Counted from the stretch's first letter, positions 18,638 through 28,252 are shown. The stretch is DNA of 64,000 nucleotides from an uncultured Gammaproteobacteria bacterium (GCA_964596525.1 CAZQUL010000001.1:806509-870508); one strand, 5' to 3'. Notes: generated by a model from the sequence alone, not told the origin. Numbers and translations are program-made.

Positions 18638-19921
18638 ATGGCGACCCAGACAGTTCTTGATCCGACCGCTTATCTCGGTTTTGCTAACGGTCTGCCGCTC
18701 TTTCGCGAGCACCGCCAGGCGCTCATCGCCGCGATTGGAGGTCTGGCACACCAGTTTTTGCTTTCGCCCGATGAAGAGCGATCGACGGTAAGAGAGTTGG
18801 TACCGGAAGGTGCCTGGTATCAGCATGTGCCCCGCGATCCGCGTCATGTCGACGATCTCTTGATCAACAAAGTCGGCAACAGGGTGGCGCGGGCGATGAT
18901 TGGCGAGCTACTTGCTCGCTTCAACGCGCTCACTACCGTGTGTCCGCTCGGGCATCTGGGTGTTGGTATCGACAATGGCTCCTGGACAGTGCGCGCCACC
19001 GGAGAGCGTTGCCTCGTGCCCACCTGCCGAGAGACCATCTTGTGGGAGCCTCCGCCGGTTTCGCACTACGACTGGGTCGACGACTGTCTGGTTTCCCTGG
19101 TGGTCCGCGATCGGGTGATTGGCGGGTGCAACGTGCCGATCCATATCGAAAATATCGAGCGGCTCGTCAACAGCATGGGCGGATTGCGTCCTGAGGTTGA
19201 ACAGGTGCTCTCAATTGCGACGCTCCAGAACCGGGGGCTTACCCTTAAGAAGCTTCTCGGTCAGCTGTGGCGTACGCACGCGGTGCGCTATGGCCATCAG
19301 CCGCTCAAGGTTCTCTGGTCGTTCACCCGGCATAATCCCGAATCAGTGGCATATGTGGTGGACGAGCTCAAGAGCGCGGCGTTTGCGGCTGTAACACGCC
19401 AGGCGTCGAGTGGTCCGCCGCCCGCTCCTACATCAGTAGCTCCGCGCAAGAAGCGCGAGAAGCTCTCGGTGGTGGCTATTGCCGCGGCTGACGAAGGCAT
19501 CGATCTGTGGATTCTCCAAGACGTGGCCAAAAGCTTAAAGACCCTCAAGGACTACTCAAGAATTACCGTGTGGACTACGGCGAACTGCACCTTTCCTCAC
19601 CTTATGGCAGAGTGCCTCCCGCCGCAGCTCCAGAACGCCGATGTTGTCTTGCTCTTTTTGAGCGATCGGTTCTTTAAGAGTCCCTGCGGTAAAGAAGCGG
19701 AGCGAGTTCTCCACGGCTTCTGCGACGGACTTTTCCCGTTCCGTATCTACTTGGTGAAGATAAACACCTACTCTTCGGAGTTGGCGTATAACTTGCCAGC
19801 GTTGGTGGATAGCAAGGGCTCGCGGCCGAGTGATGTCGATACGATTGTCCGCACTGCCGCTCTCAAGCTCGCCACCATTATTCCGGCCCACCTCGAGATC
19901 TTTGATCGCGAAAACGCCTAG
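18638..19921 (+). CDS. hypothetical protein with C-terminal TIR-like domain
   Basis: RBS GAAGGAGG. The C-terminal 150 aa read KLSVVAIAAADEG...DVVLLFLSDRFFKSPCGKEAERVL...FRIYLVKINTYSSELAYNLP. This matches the TIR beta-A/alpha-C pattern (S-x-x-[YF]-x-x-S-x-W/C-C-x-x-E). The N-terminal 270 aa are unknown and Cys-rich. GC is about 58-60%. Confidence 0.6.
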   Translation: MATQTVLDPTAYLGFANGLPLFREHRQALIAAIGGLAHQFLLSPDEERSTVRELVPEGAWYQHVPRDPRHVDDLLINKVGNRVARAMIGELLARFNALTTVCPLGHLGVGIDNGSWTVRATGERCLVPTCRETILWEPPPVSHYDWVDDCLVSLVVRDRVIGGCNVPIHIENIERLVNSMGGLRPEVEQVLSIATLQNRGLTLKKLLGQLWRTHAVRYGHQPLKVLWSFTRHNPESVAYVVDELKSAAFAAVTRQASSGPPPAPTSVAPRKKREKLSVVAIAAADEGIDLWILQDVAKSLKTLKDYSRITVWTTANCTFPHLMAECLPPQLQNADVVLLFLSDRFFKSPCGKEAERVLHGFCDGLFPFRIYLVKINTYSSELAYNLPALVDSKGSRPSDVDTIVRTAALKLATIIPAHLEIFDRENA

Positions 19922-20041
19922 CTCTATACCCCCACAAGCAGCTTCCCAAAGCTGCTTTTGCATGTGTGCAAAGTTATACACAGAGTAAACTCTCGGACAA
20001 AGTGTTGTGATGTGGTATACTCTCTACATCACAAGGAGCAA

Positions 20042-20062
20042 GGAGGGGCCCCTCTTTTTTGT
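20042..20062 (+). terminator. candidate terminator
   Basis: GAGGGGCCCCTC palindrome followed by TTTTTTG. It is preceded by a second hairpin, TTGTGATGT..ACATCACAA. Confidence 0.4.
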
Positions 20063-20293
20063 TTGCTTCATACTAAGTGAGGTCGTTGCGAATACGAGTT
20101 ACTTTAGGGTGACTCTCTTTATCCTCGCCTTATTTTTGGATGGCATCCGCATGCGCGGGTCGATTCTGAGCTTAAGGGGAAGATAAGCTCCTGTCAGCGA
20201 TGACGGGAACCTCTTTTCGCAATGACGTCCTTTAGTAGGAACTCACAACGGGTTTCTGCGATTTTACAATTTTTACGACATAAGGAGGGGGAG

Positions 20294-20347
20294 ATGTGCT
20301 TGTTGTTTCTTTATGTCATCATCAAGGTGGGAGACCTTCCTTTTTAG
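20294..20347 (+). CDS. 17-codon leader-like mini-ORF (MCLLFLYVIIKVGDLPF)
   Basis: The window's strongest RBS (TAAGGAGGGGGAG) sits 3-4 nt upstream of its ATG. It overlaps the annotated start of the next ORF in another frame. Confidence 0.25.
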   Translation: MCLLFLYVIIKVGDLPF

Positions 20348-21128
20348 TTTTAGCTCATTGGTAAAGGCGGTGCGGCGAAAAAGCCAGACGTCATCGTTTT
20401 CGCGTCGGGCTTTTTTTCTTGCGCTGCTTTTTTTTGGTGAACTTTTATTGGTTGTCATAGCGTTGCCGCTTATCGTGTTCCGGTCAAAAGCAGCTTTGCC
20501 GCGTGAGGTGGAGCGTTTTTACCGGGCACATCGACAAGCTATGCTTCTGCTTATCGTTCCGCTTCTTAGTATCGGAGTCGTTAAAATTGGTCTTGTGGCG
20601 TATGCTTGGACCTCGCCGGACGACCGTACGGTAAACATTACCGTGCAGTCTGATGAAGTAATTAAACCCTCGATACTAGCTCGTTTTCCGTCTACGGCCA
20701 CGGGTACGCTGCCGCCGCCAGTGGTTGCTGGTATGGCAATGGTGGCGGGTAATACATCGTGGTTTGGGACAGCTGCGCCGGGTGCAGGCGTGGTGGTAGT
20801 TCTTGAACCGGTCGGTGCGCCAGGTGCTGCACGTTGGCTTTTTGCCACTACGTCAAAGGACGGTTCGTGGCAGATTGTGCCTGAAGAACGGGTAGCACGG
20901 CTCGACTCCGGTTCGTATCTCGTTACCGCAACGGCTTTTAATCCGCTCACCCTCAACAAAAGCGCGTCATCGGGAGCCCGGCTTTTTGTGGTTGAGCCGC
21001 GTTTACGAGAAATGCTCCTCCGCCATGCCGATACTGCGGCGAATTGGGCGGTAGCTATCCTGGGCGCGGTCACGTATCTTTTTGTCATCGTTACTTACTC
21101 CGCATCGTATGGAAGAAAAACGCGTTAA
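20313..21128 (+). CDS. membrane protein (hypothetical). The start is uncertain.
   Basis: N-terminal TM helix AFFLALLFFGELLLVVIALPLIVF, C-terminal TM helix WAVAILGAVTYLFVIVTY, and a central Ala/Gly/Pro-rich domain. Confidence 0.5.
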   Translation: MSSSRWETFLFSFSSLVKAVRRKSQTSSFSRRAFFLALLFFGELLLVVIALPLIVFRSKAALPREVERFYRAHRQAMLLLIVPLLSIGVVKIGLVAYAWTSPDDRTVNITVQSDEVIKPSILARFPSTATGTLPPPVVAGMAMVAGNTSWFGTAAPGAGVVVVLEPVGAPGAARWLFATTSKDGSWQIVPEERVARLDSGSYLVTATAFNPLTLNKSASSGARLFVVEPRLREMLLRHADTAANWAVAILGAVTYLFVIVTYSASYGRKTR

Positions 21129-24100
21129 GAAGAACGTTTCTGTCCGAAAAACGGCTGGATCGGTAAAAAAGCTGCAGCTGACTAAAAAAACCATTGTCCG
21201 TCGGGCGCAAAAATCATTGCCTGTCTCCGTTCGCCCAACGTCGTCAAGACCAGATTTTAGCTTAGAAAAACTACTTTCTTTTATTCCTCGCATCGAAGCG
21301 CGGCGTTTGCCTTTGTTCGTTCTGCGTCTTGGCAATTTTTTGGCGCAACGCGCCCGTCGATCAGCTGTTTTGGCGCTTGGTCTTATTGCTCTTTCCGTTG
21401 TGCCGATGGCCTGGTCGTGGGCCGTTGCAGATCAGAATGAGAGCGCTCCGTTAGAGTATATTAATTGGACGTTTGCTCCTGAAAAAACGGTAGCTTACCG
21501 TTACGATCCAAGCCGAATTCAGATCGTTGATGGCGTGGCTATTTTGAAAGCAATCCCGCGTGAAGAAATGCCGCGTCCCGAAGAACCTGTTGCGAATGGT
21601 GAAGCTCCTCTTCTCGTACCGACGAGTATGACGGATGAGCCTGATGAGCAGCCTGGTGCAGGTGAAAATACTCCTTCTTCTACCAATGAAACAACTACAC
21701 CGTCGACGCCAGCACCTCCTTTTTCAGAAGAGTCCGATGTAACTACTACTGCGAAGCGTACACCCTGGTGGAGGAGTCTGGTTGGGCGAGTTATTGCTGC
21801 CGAAGATGAGAGTATAGTGTCGCCTTGTTACGCTGAAATCGAAGCGCTTGAACCGCAAACTCTGCCCGCGCGAACAGAGCTTGCGGCGTTTGAAGCGATT
21901 ACGGTAACGGGAGGCGGACGCGTGGATTTTCAACTTTCTCGCGATGGTGGGGCAACATGGCGAGCGTTTTCTGATGATGAATGGGTCGCGTCGTCGACAC
22001 TTTTTTCTTCAGCTGAAACGATTAATCGGCATCTCGATAAGTTCGGGTCAGCGGAAACTATTTTGTTCCGTGCCCGTTTGATGAGTGCGTGTGAGGAACC
22101 GGTTGGTCTGGTGCGCGTGAGTGTCGGCTATGCCAAAGAACGAATTCCGGAAAAATCTGTTTCTGCACCTGCGCTCGAGGTTGCTATTTCCACATCTTCG
22201 TTTGAAGTGGTGAAAGCGAATCATTCGGCGGAGCGTAGCGCTGAAGAAGGACAGTATCTTACCGTCGATCGTTTTCCGCTTGCGTATCTTGAAGGCGCGA
22301 GTACGACCTGGGCGGTTTTTCCGTGGCATGAAGTTGTAGCGGGGCACACATCTACAACCAGTTGGTTGCATTTGGGGGGAGCGTCACGTGATGGTTTGGC
22401 AACCGTGCAGCTTATCGTGCCGCGGCGCAGGGCGGATGCCGGTGTACGGGTATGCCCGGGTGCCCAGAATGCGAATGAAGTGTACCGTGGCTGCCCAAAC
22501 GAACATATTCTTACGCTTGAGGAACCCACATCTTCGCCGTATTATTTGACCGCTTTGGAAGATCTTGATCGTTGGCATATTGAAGCGCCGGCAGCCGTAT
22601 TTTCCACGGGAGCGGAGCCGATCATAGACGCGCTTGTCGCTGAATGGGCGATGGACGATAGCGACGTGTGCCGGATCGTAGACACGTTTGGTCGTGCGAC
22701 CGGTACCATAAGCGGCAGTTGTTCTTTAGCACCCGGCCGTATTGAAGGAAAATTTGGCACCGCGCGTCTGGCAAGTTCAACCAGCTCGCCTTTCGTGATT
22801 CCGTTTGTTGCCCCGGCGGCTACTACGTCGTGGACGTTTAGTACCTGGGTTTACCCTGCCACGTCAACCGCGCTACGCGTGCTCGCTGAGCAGGCGGATC
22901 AGTTCCGTTGGTTTGCCGACCCGGACAATCGTTTGCTGTTTGACTATCGAGATAGTACGACCGGCCAGTGGCAACGTCTAACTCCGAGCAATGCCTTGCT
23001 GAACAGTTCGTGGCAACAGGTTGCCGTATCTGCGGGAGAAGAGGGGGTTGCGCTCTATCAAAACGGCACGCAGGTTGCTTTTGCGTCGTCTACTGCGCAG
23101 TTTTTGTCTGCCTCTTTTTTCTTAGGAGCTGCGGCAACGAGTTCGGAAGCAGGGTGGGTAGGTGGAATTGATACGTTCCGCTGGTATAATTATCCGTTTA
23201 CTCTTGAGCGTGCGGCCGAAGAATATGTCCGCGGCAGCAACCATGCGCCGGAGCTACGCCTTGATGCGCCCGTGTTTAACGCAGCTTCTGGCACAGTTTC
23301 GTTTCCCTATACGTTATTCGATTACGATGCCGATGTCGTACGCTTGCCGCGCGTGGAGTATTCAGCCACCGGAGCGTTTATCGGCGAAGAGCGGCCAGCG
23401 ACACCAGCGGTTGCCGATTCTGCGCATAGCGGTACGGTGAATCTGCCGGCGCGGCGTGATGGTGTGCGTGGGACGTTTGTCTGGGATCTGCGTACTGATG
23501 TTGGCGATGCCGTGCACGAGGACATGGCAATGCGCATTGTCCCGGCCGATAGTTTCGGCGAAGGTAGTGCAACATCCACCCATACCGGACGTCTGGCTGT
23601 GTGGAGCGTGGATGGTGAGCCGGTGGTGGGGGGTAGTCATCGGTGTACGCCGCAAACACCCCGTTGTTCTACGCTTGGTCAGGCTTTGTCCCAAGCGCGC
23701 GACTATGACACGGTCCGCGTTGCGACCGGTACGTATCCAGAACAGATTACGATTGAACGGCCGCTTTCTTTTATTGGCCAGGGGAATCCGCGTATCGATA
23801 CGGTGAAACTTGTCAAAAACGGTCGTGTGGTGCGATCACGCGGCGTAGTGGCAGAGCGTATACAGCTTGATAAAGCGAGTGGTGACGTACGTATCGCCGA
23901 CGCGCTTCTAATCGCTGCCCCGGGTGCAGAGATTGTTTTGTCCGCCGGAACCTATAAAGAAGACACGCAGCTTGCTATCCGTCAGTCAGTTTCCATCAAG
24001 GGTACCAGCCAAAGTTCTACTGTCATCGTCAGTCCCCGTACGATCGGTACCCAGTTTGCTGATTTATCACTTATCGATATTGCTGGCACTAACGATATGG

Positions 24101-25968
24101 CGACACGGACCATCAATGTGAGTGTCGAAGATTTGACGGTAGATGTTGAGCGCATGCCTCGTCTTAAATTTGGCATCATGGTGCGCGGTGGTGCGTATGC
24201 GCATCTCAAGCGCGTGACCGTTAAAGGAACGCTGCCGGCCTGGGGTGACTGGAACACCGGTAATATTATCGTGGGCTGGAAAGATTTCGGGTATGCCGGT
24301 GAGGCACTTATCGAAGATTCGTACACTACTGATTTCCATTCTTTCGGCGTGGCGGCATATGGCCCGCGTAATAAGGTAACTCTTAAGCGCACCACAATTC
24401 AGGGAACACCCTCGATGAGCGTTTGCAACGGTGCAGTCGGTGTTATCGTTCAGTCAGACGCCGTGGCCGATATTGCGGCGACAACTATCCGCGGCTTGAT
24501 GCGCAATCCTGTAACTTCTACGTGTCCGGCGCCGGTTTACGGATCAGGACTCGAGCTCTATTGGGCCGGTAAAGTTCGTATCGAAGGTTCCCGTTTTGAA
24601 AGTGGTGAATATGGTATCGGTTCGTATAACCAGTGGGGGCCCAACCAGCCACTGTCCATTGTTGGTACCACGTTCCATAATCTTGATGTTGCCATCCAGC
24701 TTGGCGGCAGTATCGGCTTTGATGATTTCCGTTTAAATAGCTTCACGAGCACTACGTTGGCTATTCGCAATACCATGTCGACGCCCGTGGTTGCTTCTGC
24801 CTCGTGGTGGGGTGATGCGAGCGGTCCGTATGATCCTAAACCGTTGCCAGGTATACCGGATTACAATAATCCGTCCGGGAAAGGCGCAGCAGTGACGAGT
24901 TACATCGATTACCGTAATTGGCTTACTTCTGTACCATTTCAGATTTCGGTATCATCAACGGGCGGTGGTAGCGTTACGCCGGGTGGGATTTTTGAAGCGG
25001 CGTATCGCGGCATGATCGACTTTGCCCTTATGCCTGATAGTGATTACGACATTGATGACCTTGTAGTGAATGGTGTTTCAGTCGGACCTACTACGTCGTA
25101 TCGCATTGGTGAAGTGACGTCGAGTTACACGATTTTTGCCGCCTTCAAGCAGCGCCCGCCGCGGCCGATCGGTGGCACGGACCCAACGCCGCAACCGATT
25201 GTGTTCGTCCCTGCGCCTCCTTCGGCTCCGGTATCGGTTGCGTCTGCTACATTGCCGTCGGTGAGCAGTACGCCTGGTGTTTCCTCGTCTTTACCTGACC
25301 TGATCTCGGATGCGCGCTCTGGCGTGCCGGACTATCAATTCCCCGCGTCATACACATATCTCCAAGATAACACGCACCTGCAGACTGGCGTTTTGAATTC
25401 GTCCTCACCCATTCTTGCGATAAGTATTGCAAGTAGCGCAAAACCATCCGTTGTTGGTGCTAACGTTCGGGCGTTCCTTGCGCCGCGTTCGCAACCGGTT
25501 TCTCCTTCCACTACTGCACCGCTTTCAGCCACGCCTTCACTTTTGCCGCAGACAGAAATAACGAGTGTTACCCCAGCTGCGCTTAATGACCGTCTTGTTA
25601 TTACGGGTACAGGTTTGCCGCACGGCGAAGCGCTAGTCTTTATCCATTCCGAAGAAGCGGTTACCTACCGTGTCACGGTCGACAAAACCGGTGCGTGGTC
25701 TTTGGTGCATGACCAAGCTGTTGTTGCGCTTGAACCGGGTGACCATACGGTATATGCGGTTTCGTATGATCCCAAAACCAACATCAGCTTGGCTCCTAGC
25801 CGTGTGCATGGTTTTGTTATTGAGCAAAAATGGTTCAGCTACCTCATGCGCTACGTAGATGTGCCAACGACGCTCATGACGTTTGGCATCTTGCTGCTTA
25901 TTGCGGTCGGTTTATCTACCCGGCTTAGGATAGAATATGGTATAGTACTACCACGTTCTCAATCGTAA
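21082..25968 (+). CDS. giant surface protein (about 1620 aa) with LamG/concanavalin-like and right-handed beta-helix regions
   Basis: N-terminal signal-anchor AVLALGLIALSVVPMAWSWAVA. LamG-like block SWTFSTWVYPA...GVALYQNGTQVAF. Pectate-lyase-like beta-helix repeats (GTYPEQITIERPLSFIGQG, SAGTYKEDTQLAIRQSVSIKGTS). C-terminal TM helix TLMTFGILLLIAVGL. The likely start is the internal ATG at 21109. Confidence 0.8.
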   Translation: MSSLLTPHRMEEKRVKKNVSVRKTAGSVKKLQLTKKTIVRRAQKSLPVSVRPTSSRPDFSLEKLLSFIPRIEARRLPLFVLRLGNFLAQRARRSAVLALGLIALSVVPMAWSWAVADQNESAPLEYINWTFAPEKTVAYRYDPSRIQIVDGVAILKAIPREEMPRPEEPVANGEAPLLVPTSMTDEPDEQPGAGENTPSSTNETTTPSTPAPPFSEESDVTTTAKRTPWWRSLVGRVIAAEDESIVSPCYAEIEALEPQTLPARTELAAFEAITVTGGGRVDFQLSRDGGATWRAFSDDEWVASSTLFSSAETINRHLDKFGSAETILFRARLMSACEEPVGLVRVSVGYAKERIPEKSVSAPALEVAISTSSFEVVKANHSAERSAEEGQYLTVDRFPLAYLEGASTTWAVFPWHEVVAGHTSTTSWLHLGGASRDGLATVQLIVPRRRADAGVRVCPGAQNANEVYRGCPNEHILTLEEPTSSPYYLTALEDLDRWHIEAPAAVFSTGAEPIIDALVAEWAMDDSDVCRIVDTFGRATGTISGSCSLAPGRIEGKFGTARLASSTSSPFVIPFVAPAATTSWTFSTWVYPATSTALRVLAEQADQFRWFADPDNRLLFDYRDSTTGQWQRLTPSNALLNSSWQQVAVSAGEEGVALYQNGTQVAFASSTAQFLSASFFLGAAATSSEAGWVGGIDTFRWYNYPFTLERAAEEYVRGSNHAPELRLDAPVFNAASGTVSFPYTLFDYDADVVRLPRVEYSATGAFIGEERPATPAVADSAHSGTVNLPARRDGVRGTFVWDLRTDVGDAVHEDMAMRIVPADSFGEGSATSTHTGRLAVWSVDGEPVVGGSHRCTPQTPRCSTLGQALSQARDYDTVRVATGTYPEQITIERPLSFIGQGNPRIDTVKLVKNGRVVRSRGVVAERIQLDKASGDVRIADALLIAAPGAEIVLSAGTYKEDTQLAIRQSVSIKGTSQSSTVIVSPRTIGTQFADLSLIDIAGTNDMATRTINVSVEDLTVDVERMPRLKFGIMVRGGAYAHLKRVTVKGTLPAWGDWNTGNIIVGWKDFGYAGEALIEDSYTTDFHSFGVAAYGPRNKVTLKRTTIQGTPSMSVCNGAVGVIVQSDAVADIAATTIRGLMRNPVTSTCPAPVYGSGLELYWAGKVRIEGSRFESGEYGIGSYNQWGPNQPLSIVGTTFHNLDVAIQLGGSIGFDDFRLNSFTSTTLAIRNTMSTPVVASASWWGDASGPYDPKPLPGIPDYNNPSGKGAAVTSYIDYRNWLTSVPFQISVSSTGGGSVTPGGIFEAAYRGMIDFALMPDSDYDIDDLVVNGVSVGPTTSYRIGEVTSSYTIFAAFKQRPPRPIGGTDPTPQPIVFVPAPPSAPVSVASATLPSVSSTPGVSSSLPDLISDARSGVPDYQFPASYTYLQDNTHLQTGVLNSSSPILAISIASSAKPSVVGANVRAFLAPRSQPVSPSTTAPLSATPSLLPQTEITSVTPAALNDRLVITGTGLPHGEALVFIHSEEAVTYRVTVDKTGAWSLVHDQAVVALEPGDHTVYAVSYDPKTNISLAPSRVHGFVIEQKWFSYLMRYVDVPTTLMTFGILLLIAVGLSTRLRIEYGIVLPRSQS

Positions 25969-26006
25969 CCTTCTCGCCCGTCGGGCCTTGTTCTAAACAA
26001 TCACGT

Positions 26007-27038
26007 ATGGCGCCATCTCGTTACGTTTCCGGTGCAGCCTTGCTCTCGCTTCTCCTTACGTTCGGTGTGGGGTGCAATATCGTTTCGGTGCGCACCGCCG
26101 GCTCAACCCCAAGCGCGCCCACAACCGCCGCTCCAGTGAAGCGTTCCCGCGTTACGCTTGTGCCAAGCGCGCCTTCGTACGTCGTTCCCGTGGTCGAAGA
26201 TTACCTTACGTCCAATATCGTAAAACCAAAAAATACCGGCAGCGTTCTTACGGCAGCATTTTATACCTATGCCCAAGAAGAGCGCGAAGACGAACTTTAC
26301 TACTATATTTGGGGCGTGGTTGGTGAGTACGGGCAGCGTTCAGGCCGCGTGGTAACACTCGGCAGTTTCAGCGCGCCGCTCATTATTATTCTGGCCAAAG
26401 ATACTGATGGCGCTTATACGCGCGTTTTGGGGTACCGTCAGGCGCGTTCGCGCACCGAATCGCAGGCCATCCGCGAACTCTTCCCTCTAGATGCCGTTAA
26501 AGAAATACTCGGCCAAGAAGACGTCCATTCCAAACGCGTCGAACTCTTGTTTACCGAGACCCTCAATAAAGCGCGGGCAGCATTCAGCGTAGGCACCCCT
26601 GTTGATCTCGAAGCGGAAAGCGATGAGAAATGCATCAATTATAAATTCGAAGATTTCTCGCTTGGCGACCCCTACACCGGCGGTTATAATCCGTACCAGA
26701 TCGTCGGTTGGACCATCAGCAGCAACCTCAATACCGCCTTGGCGAGTGCTTACAATTCTGGTCCCAATTTAGCCGGGCGCTTCGTTATCGCGCGTGCGGC
26801 CTGCGGAACCAACTGCTACGAATACGGCATTGTCGACAATGCTACCGGCAATTTGGTTGCTGCACCCTTCCGTGCGAACTATGGCGTGGATTTCCGCCCT
26901 GATAGCCGCCTCATCGTCGTCAATCCGTACAAGAACATTCTTACGCCCAAATCCGCCGTGGTTACTTCGTACCTCGAGCTCATCGTTACGGCTACCGATG
27001 CCCGGCTCGAAACCCGCTGCGTGTATACATCCCGTTAA
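26007..27038 (+). CDS. secreted / lipoprotein-like hypothetical protein
   Basis: The signal peptide ends in TFGVGC. No recognised catalytic motif. Confidence 0.6.
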   Translation: MAPSRYVSGAALLSLLLTFGVGCNIVSVRTAGSTPSAPTTAAPVKRSRVTLVPSAPSYVVPVVEDYLTSNIVKPKNTGSVLTAAFYTYAQEEREDELYYYIWGVVGEYGQRSGRVVTLGSFSAPLIIILAKDTDGAYTRVLGYRQARSRTESQAIRELFPLDAVKEILGQEDVHSKRVELLFTETLNKARAAFSVGTPVDLEAESDEKCINYKFEDFSLGDPYTGGYNPYQIVGWTISSNLNTALASAYNSGPNLAGRFVIARAACGTNCYEYGIVDNATGNLVAAPFRANYGVDFRPDSRLIVVNPYKNILTPKSAVVTSYLELIVTATDARLETRCVYTSR

Positions 27039-27055
27039 TCTTCCCTTACTCAATA

Positions 27056-27087
27056 AAAATACTCCGCTAAACGGAGTATTTTTATTG
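27056..27087. terminator. bidirectional terminator between convergent genes
   Basis: AAAAATACTCCG-ctaaa-CGGAGTATTTTTATT. Confidence 0.7.
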
Positions 27088-27097
27088 TGGGAAATTC

Positions 27098-27784
27098 TTA
27101 CTTTTTGAAAACTACACAAACCGCACCCAAGAGCCGCTTGGCGCCAATTTTTTCGATACTCCAGTCGTAGGCTTTACTGATAAGGTTTATGAGCGGGAAA
27201 CGGTGTAGATATACATATGTCGCGGCACGGTACTGAAGGTGCTGTACCATGAGGCCGGCAGCAGTGAAATGATGCGTAAAATCTTCGATCGATGCATACG
27301 CGTAGTGTGTTTCGTGGGCATGGTGCTCGTGGCCTTCGGCATGGCCTCTCACGAGTTGGTGAAAGGCGTGCGGCGTGTGTTTGGAAACGACGAATTCCGG
27401 CGCTCGCGGATTGGGGATTGAGGTGACGAAGATTCCGCCCGGCTTAAGGATACGGCTCACTTCGCGGGCGCTTTGTCCCAAATTCTCGATGTGTTCGAAA
27501 ACGAAGTTGGCGAATACTGCATCGTAGCGATTATCGGGCAACGCCTTCAAATCCTCGGCCGAAGCTTGGTAGCTTTGGCCAAGCCAAGGGTGCGATGTGC
27601 TGAGCGAACAGTCTACGATATCTGCTCGGTCCGCGGTAAACATGAGGCCAGCGCGGGCAAGTTCGGTTTCGATGACGATACTTTGGTTGGCGCCTAGATT
27701 AAGAATGTGGGCGTGTGGCTGCGAGTGTAGAGCCTTGATGAGGGCGGCTATAAGATCGCGTTCGGCAGGGGATTGTAAAGCCAT
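27098..27784 (-). CDS. class I SAM-dependent methyltransferase
   Basis: ILNLGANQ (motif I), DAVFANFVFEHI, ILKPGGIF. Trimmed to the first ATG (the ORF-track start is TTG). Confidence 0.75.
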   Translation of the reverse strand: MALQSPAERDLIAALIKALHSQPHAHILNLGANQSIVIETELARAGLMFTADRADIVDCSLSTSHPWLGQSYQASAEDLKALPDNRYDAVFANFVFEHIENLGQSAREVSRILKPGGIFVTSIPNPRAPEFVVSKHTPHAFHQLVRGHAEGHEHHAHETHYAYASIEDFTHHFTAAGLMVQHLQYRAATYVYLHRFPLINLISKAYDWSIEKIGAKRLLGAVCVVFKK

Positions 27785-27832
27785 ACGGAATCGTGATACA
27801 ACCAAGAATAATAACCTTAGTTTACCTTACGT

Positions 27833-28252
27833 ATGGCTAAAAGCAAACTGACTATTCTTATCGTTGCGGCGGTGCTTATCGTCGTTTTTGGCGTATTCCT
27901 TGGCTACCGCATCAAAGAAGCCCTGCAGACCCCGCATCTTATTGTGGCTCATACCGAGTATCCCTTGGCGCGCGATATGTGGCACCTTAATGGACAGCCT
28001 TTGGCGGTAGGCAAGGGGATTTGTTTCTGGCAGGTTGGTAAGCGCGGTGAGATCAAGCTCGAGCGCACCGACGGTCAAATCGCGACTGCTACATTTTCTA
28101 ATACTTTAAGCATCTCTGCTCCGTTTCCGTTCGTGCAATTTTCTATCGAAACCACCCCGGGTTTTTTTGGTGGGTTAAAGGTACTTGAAATTCCCACGAC
28201 CTCCCCGATGGTGAAGGAATTCTCCTGTCCGTCCGAAGTAAAATCCTTATAA
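27833..28252 (+). CDS. membrane-anchored hypothetical protein
   Basis: N-terminal TM helix LTILIVAAVLIVVFGVFLGY. Confidence 0.5.
   Translation: MAKSKLTILIVAAVLIVVFGVFLGYRIKEALQTPHLIVAHTEYPLARDMWHLNGQPLAVGKGICFWQVGKRGEIKLERTDGQIATATFSNTLSISAPFPFVQFSIETTPGFFGGLKVLEIPTTSPMVKEFSCPSEVKSL

Noticed and set aside
15700-20300. Possibility that the GC-rich regions are assembly or binning chimeras
   Set aside because: Multiple separate ORF-confined high-GC segments are each flanked by native-composition promoters, RBSs and terminators, which argues against a single chimeric join. This cannot be fully excluded without read mapping.
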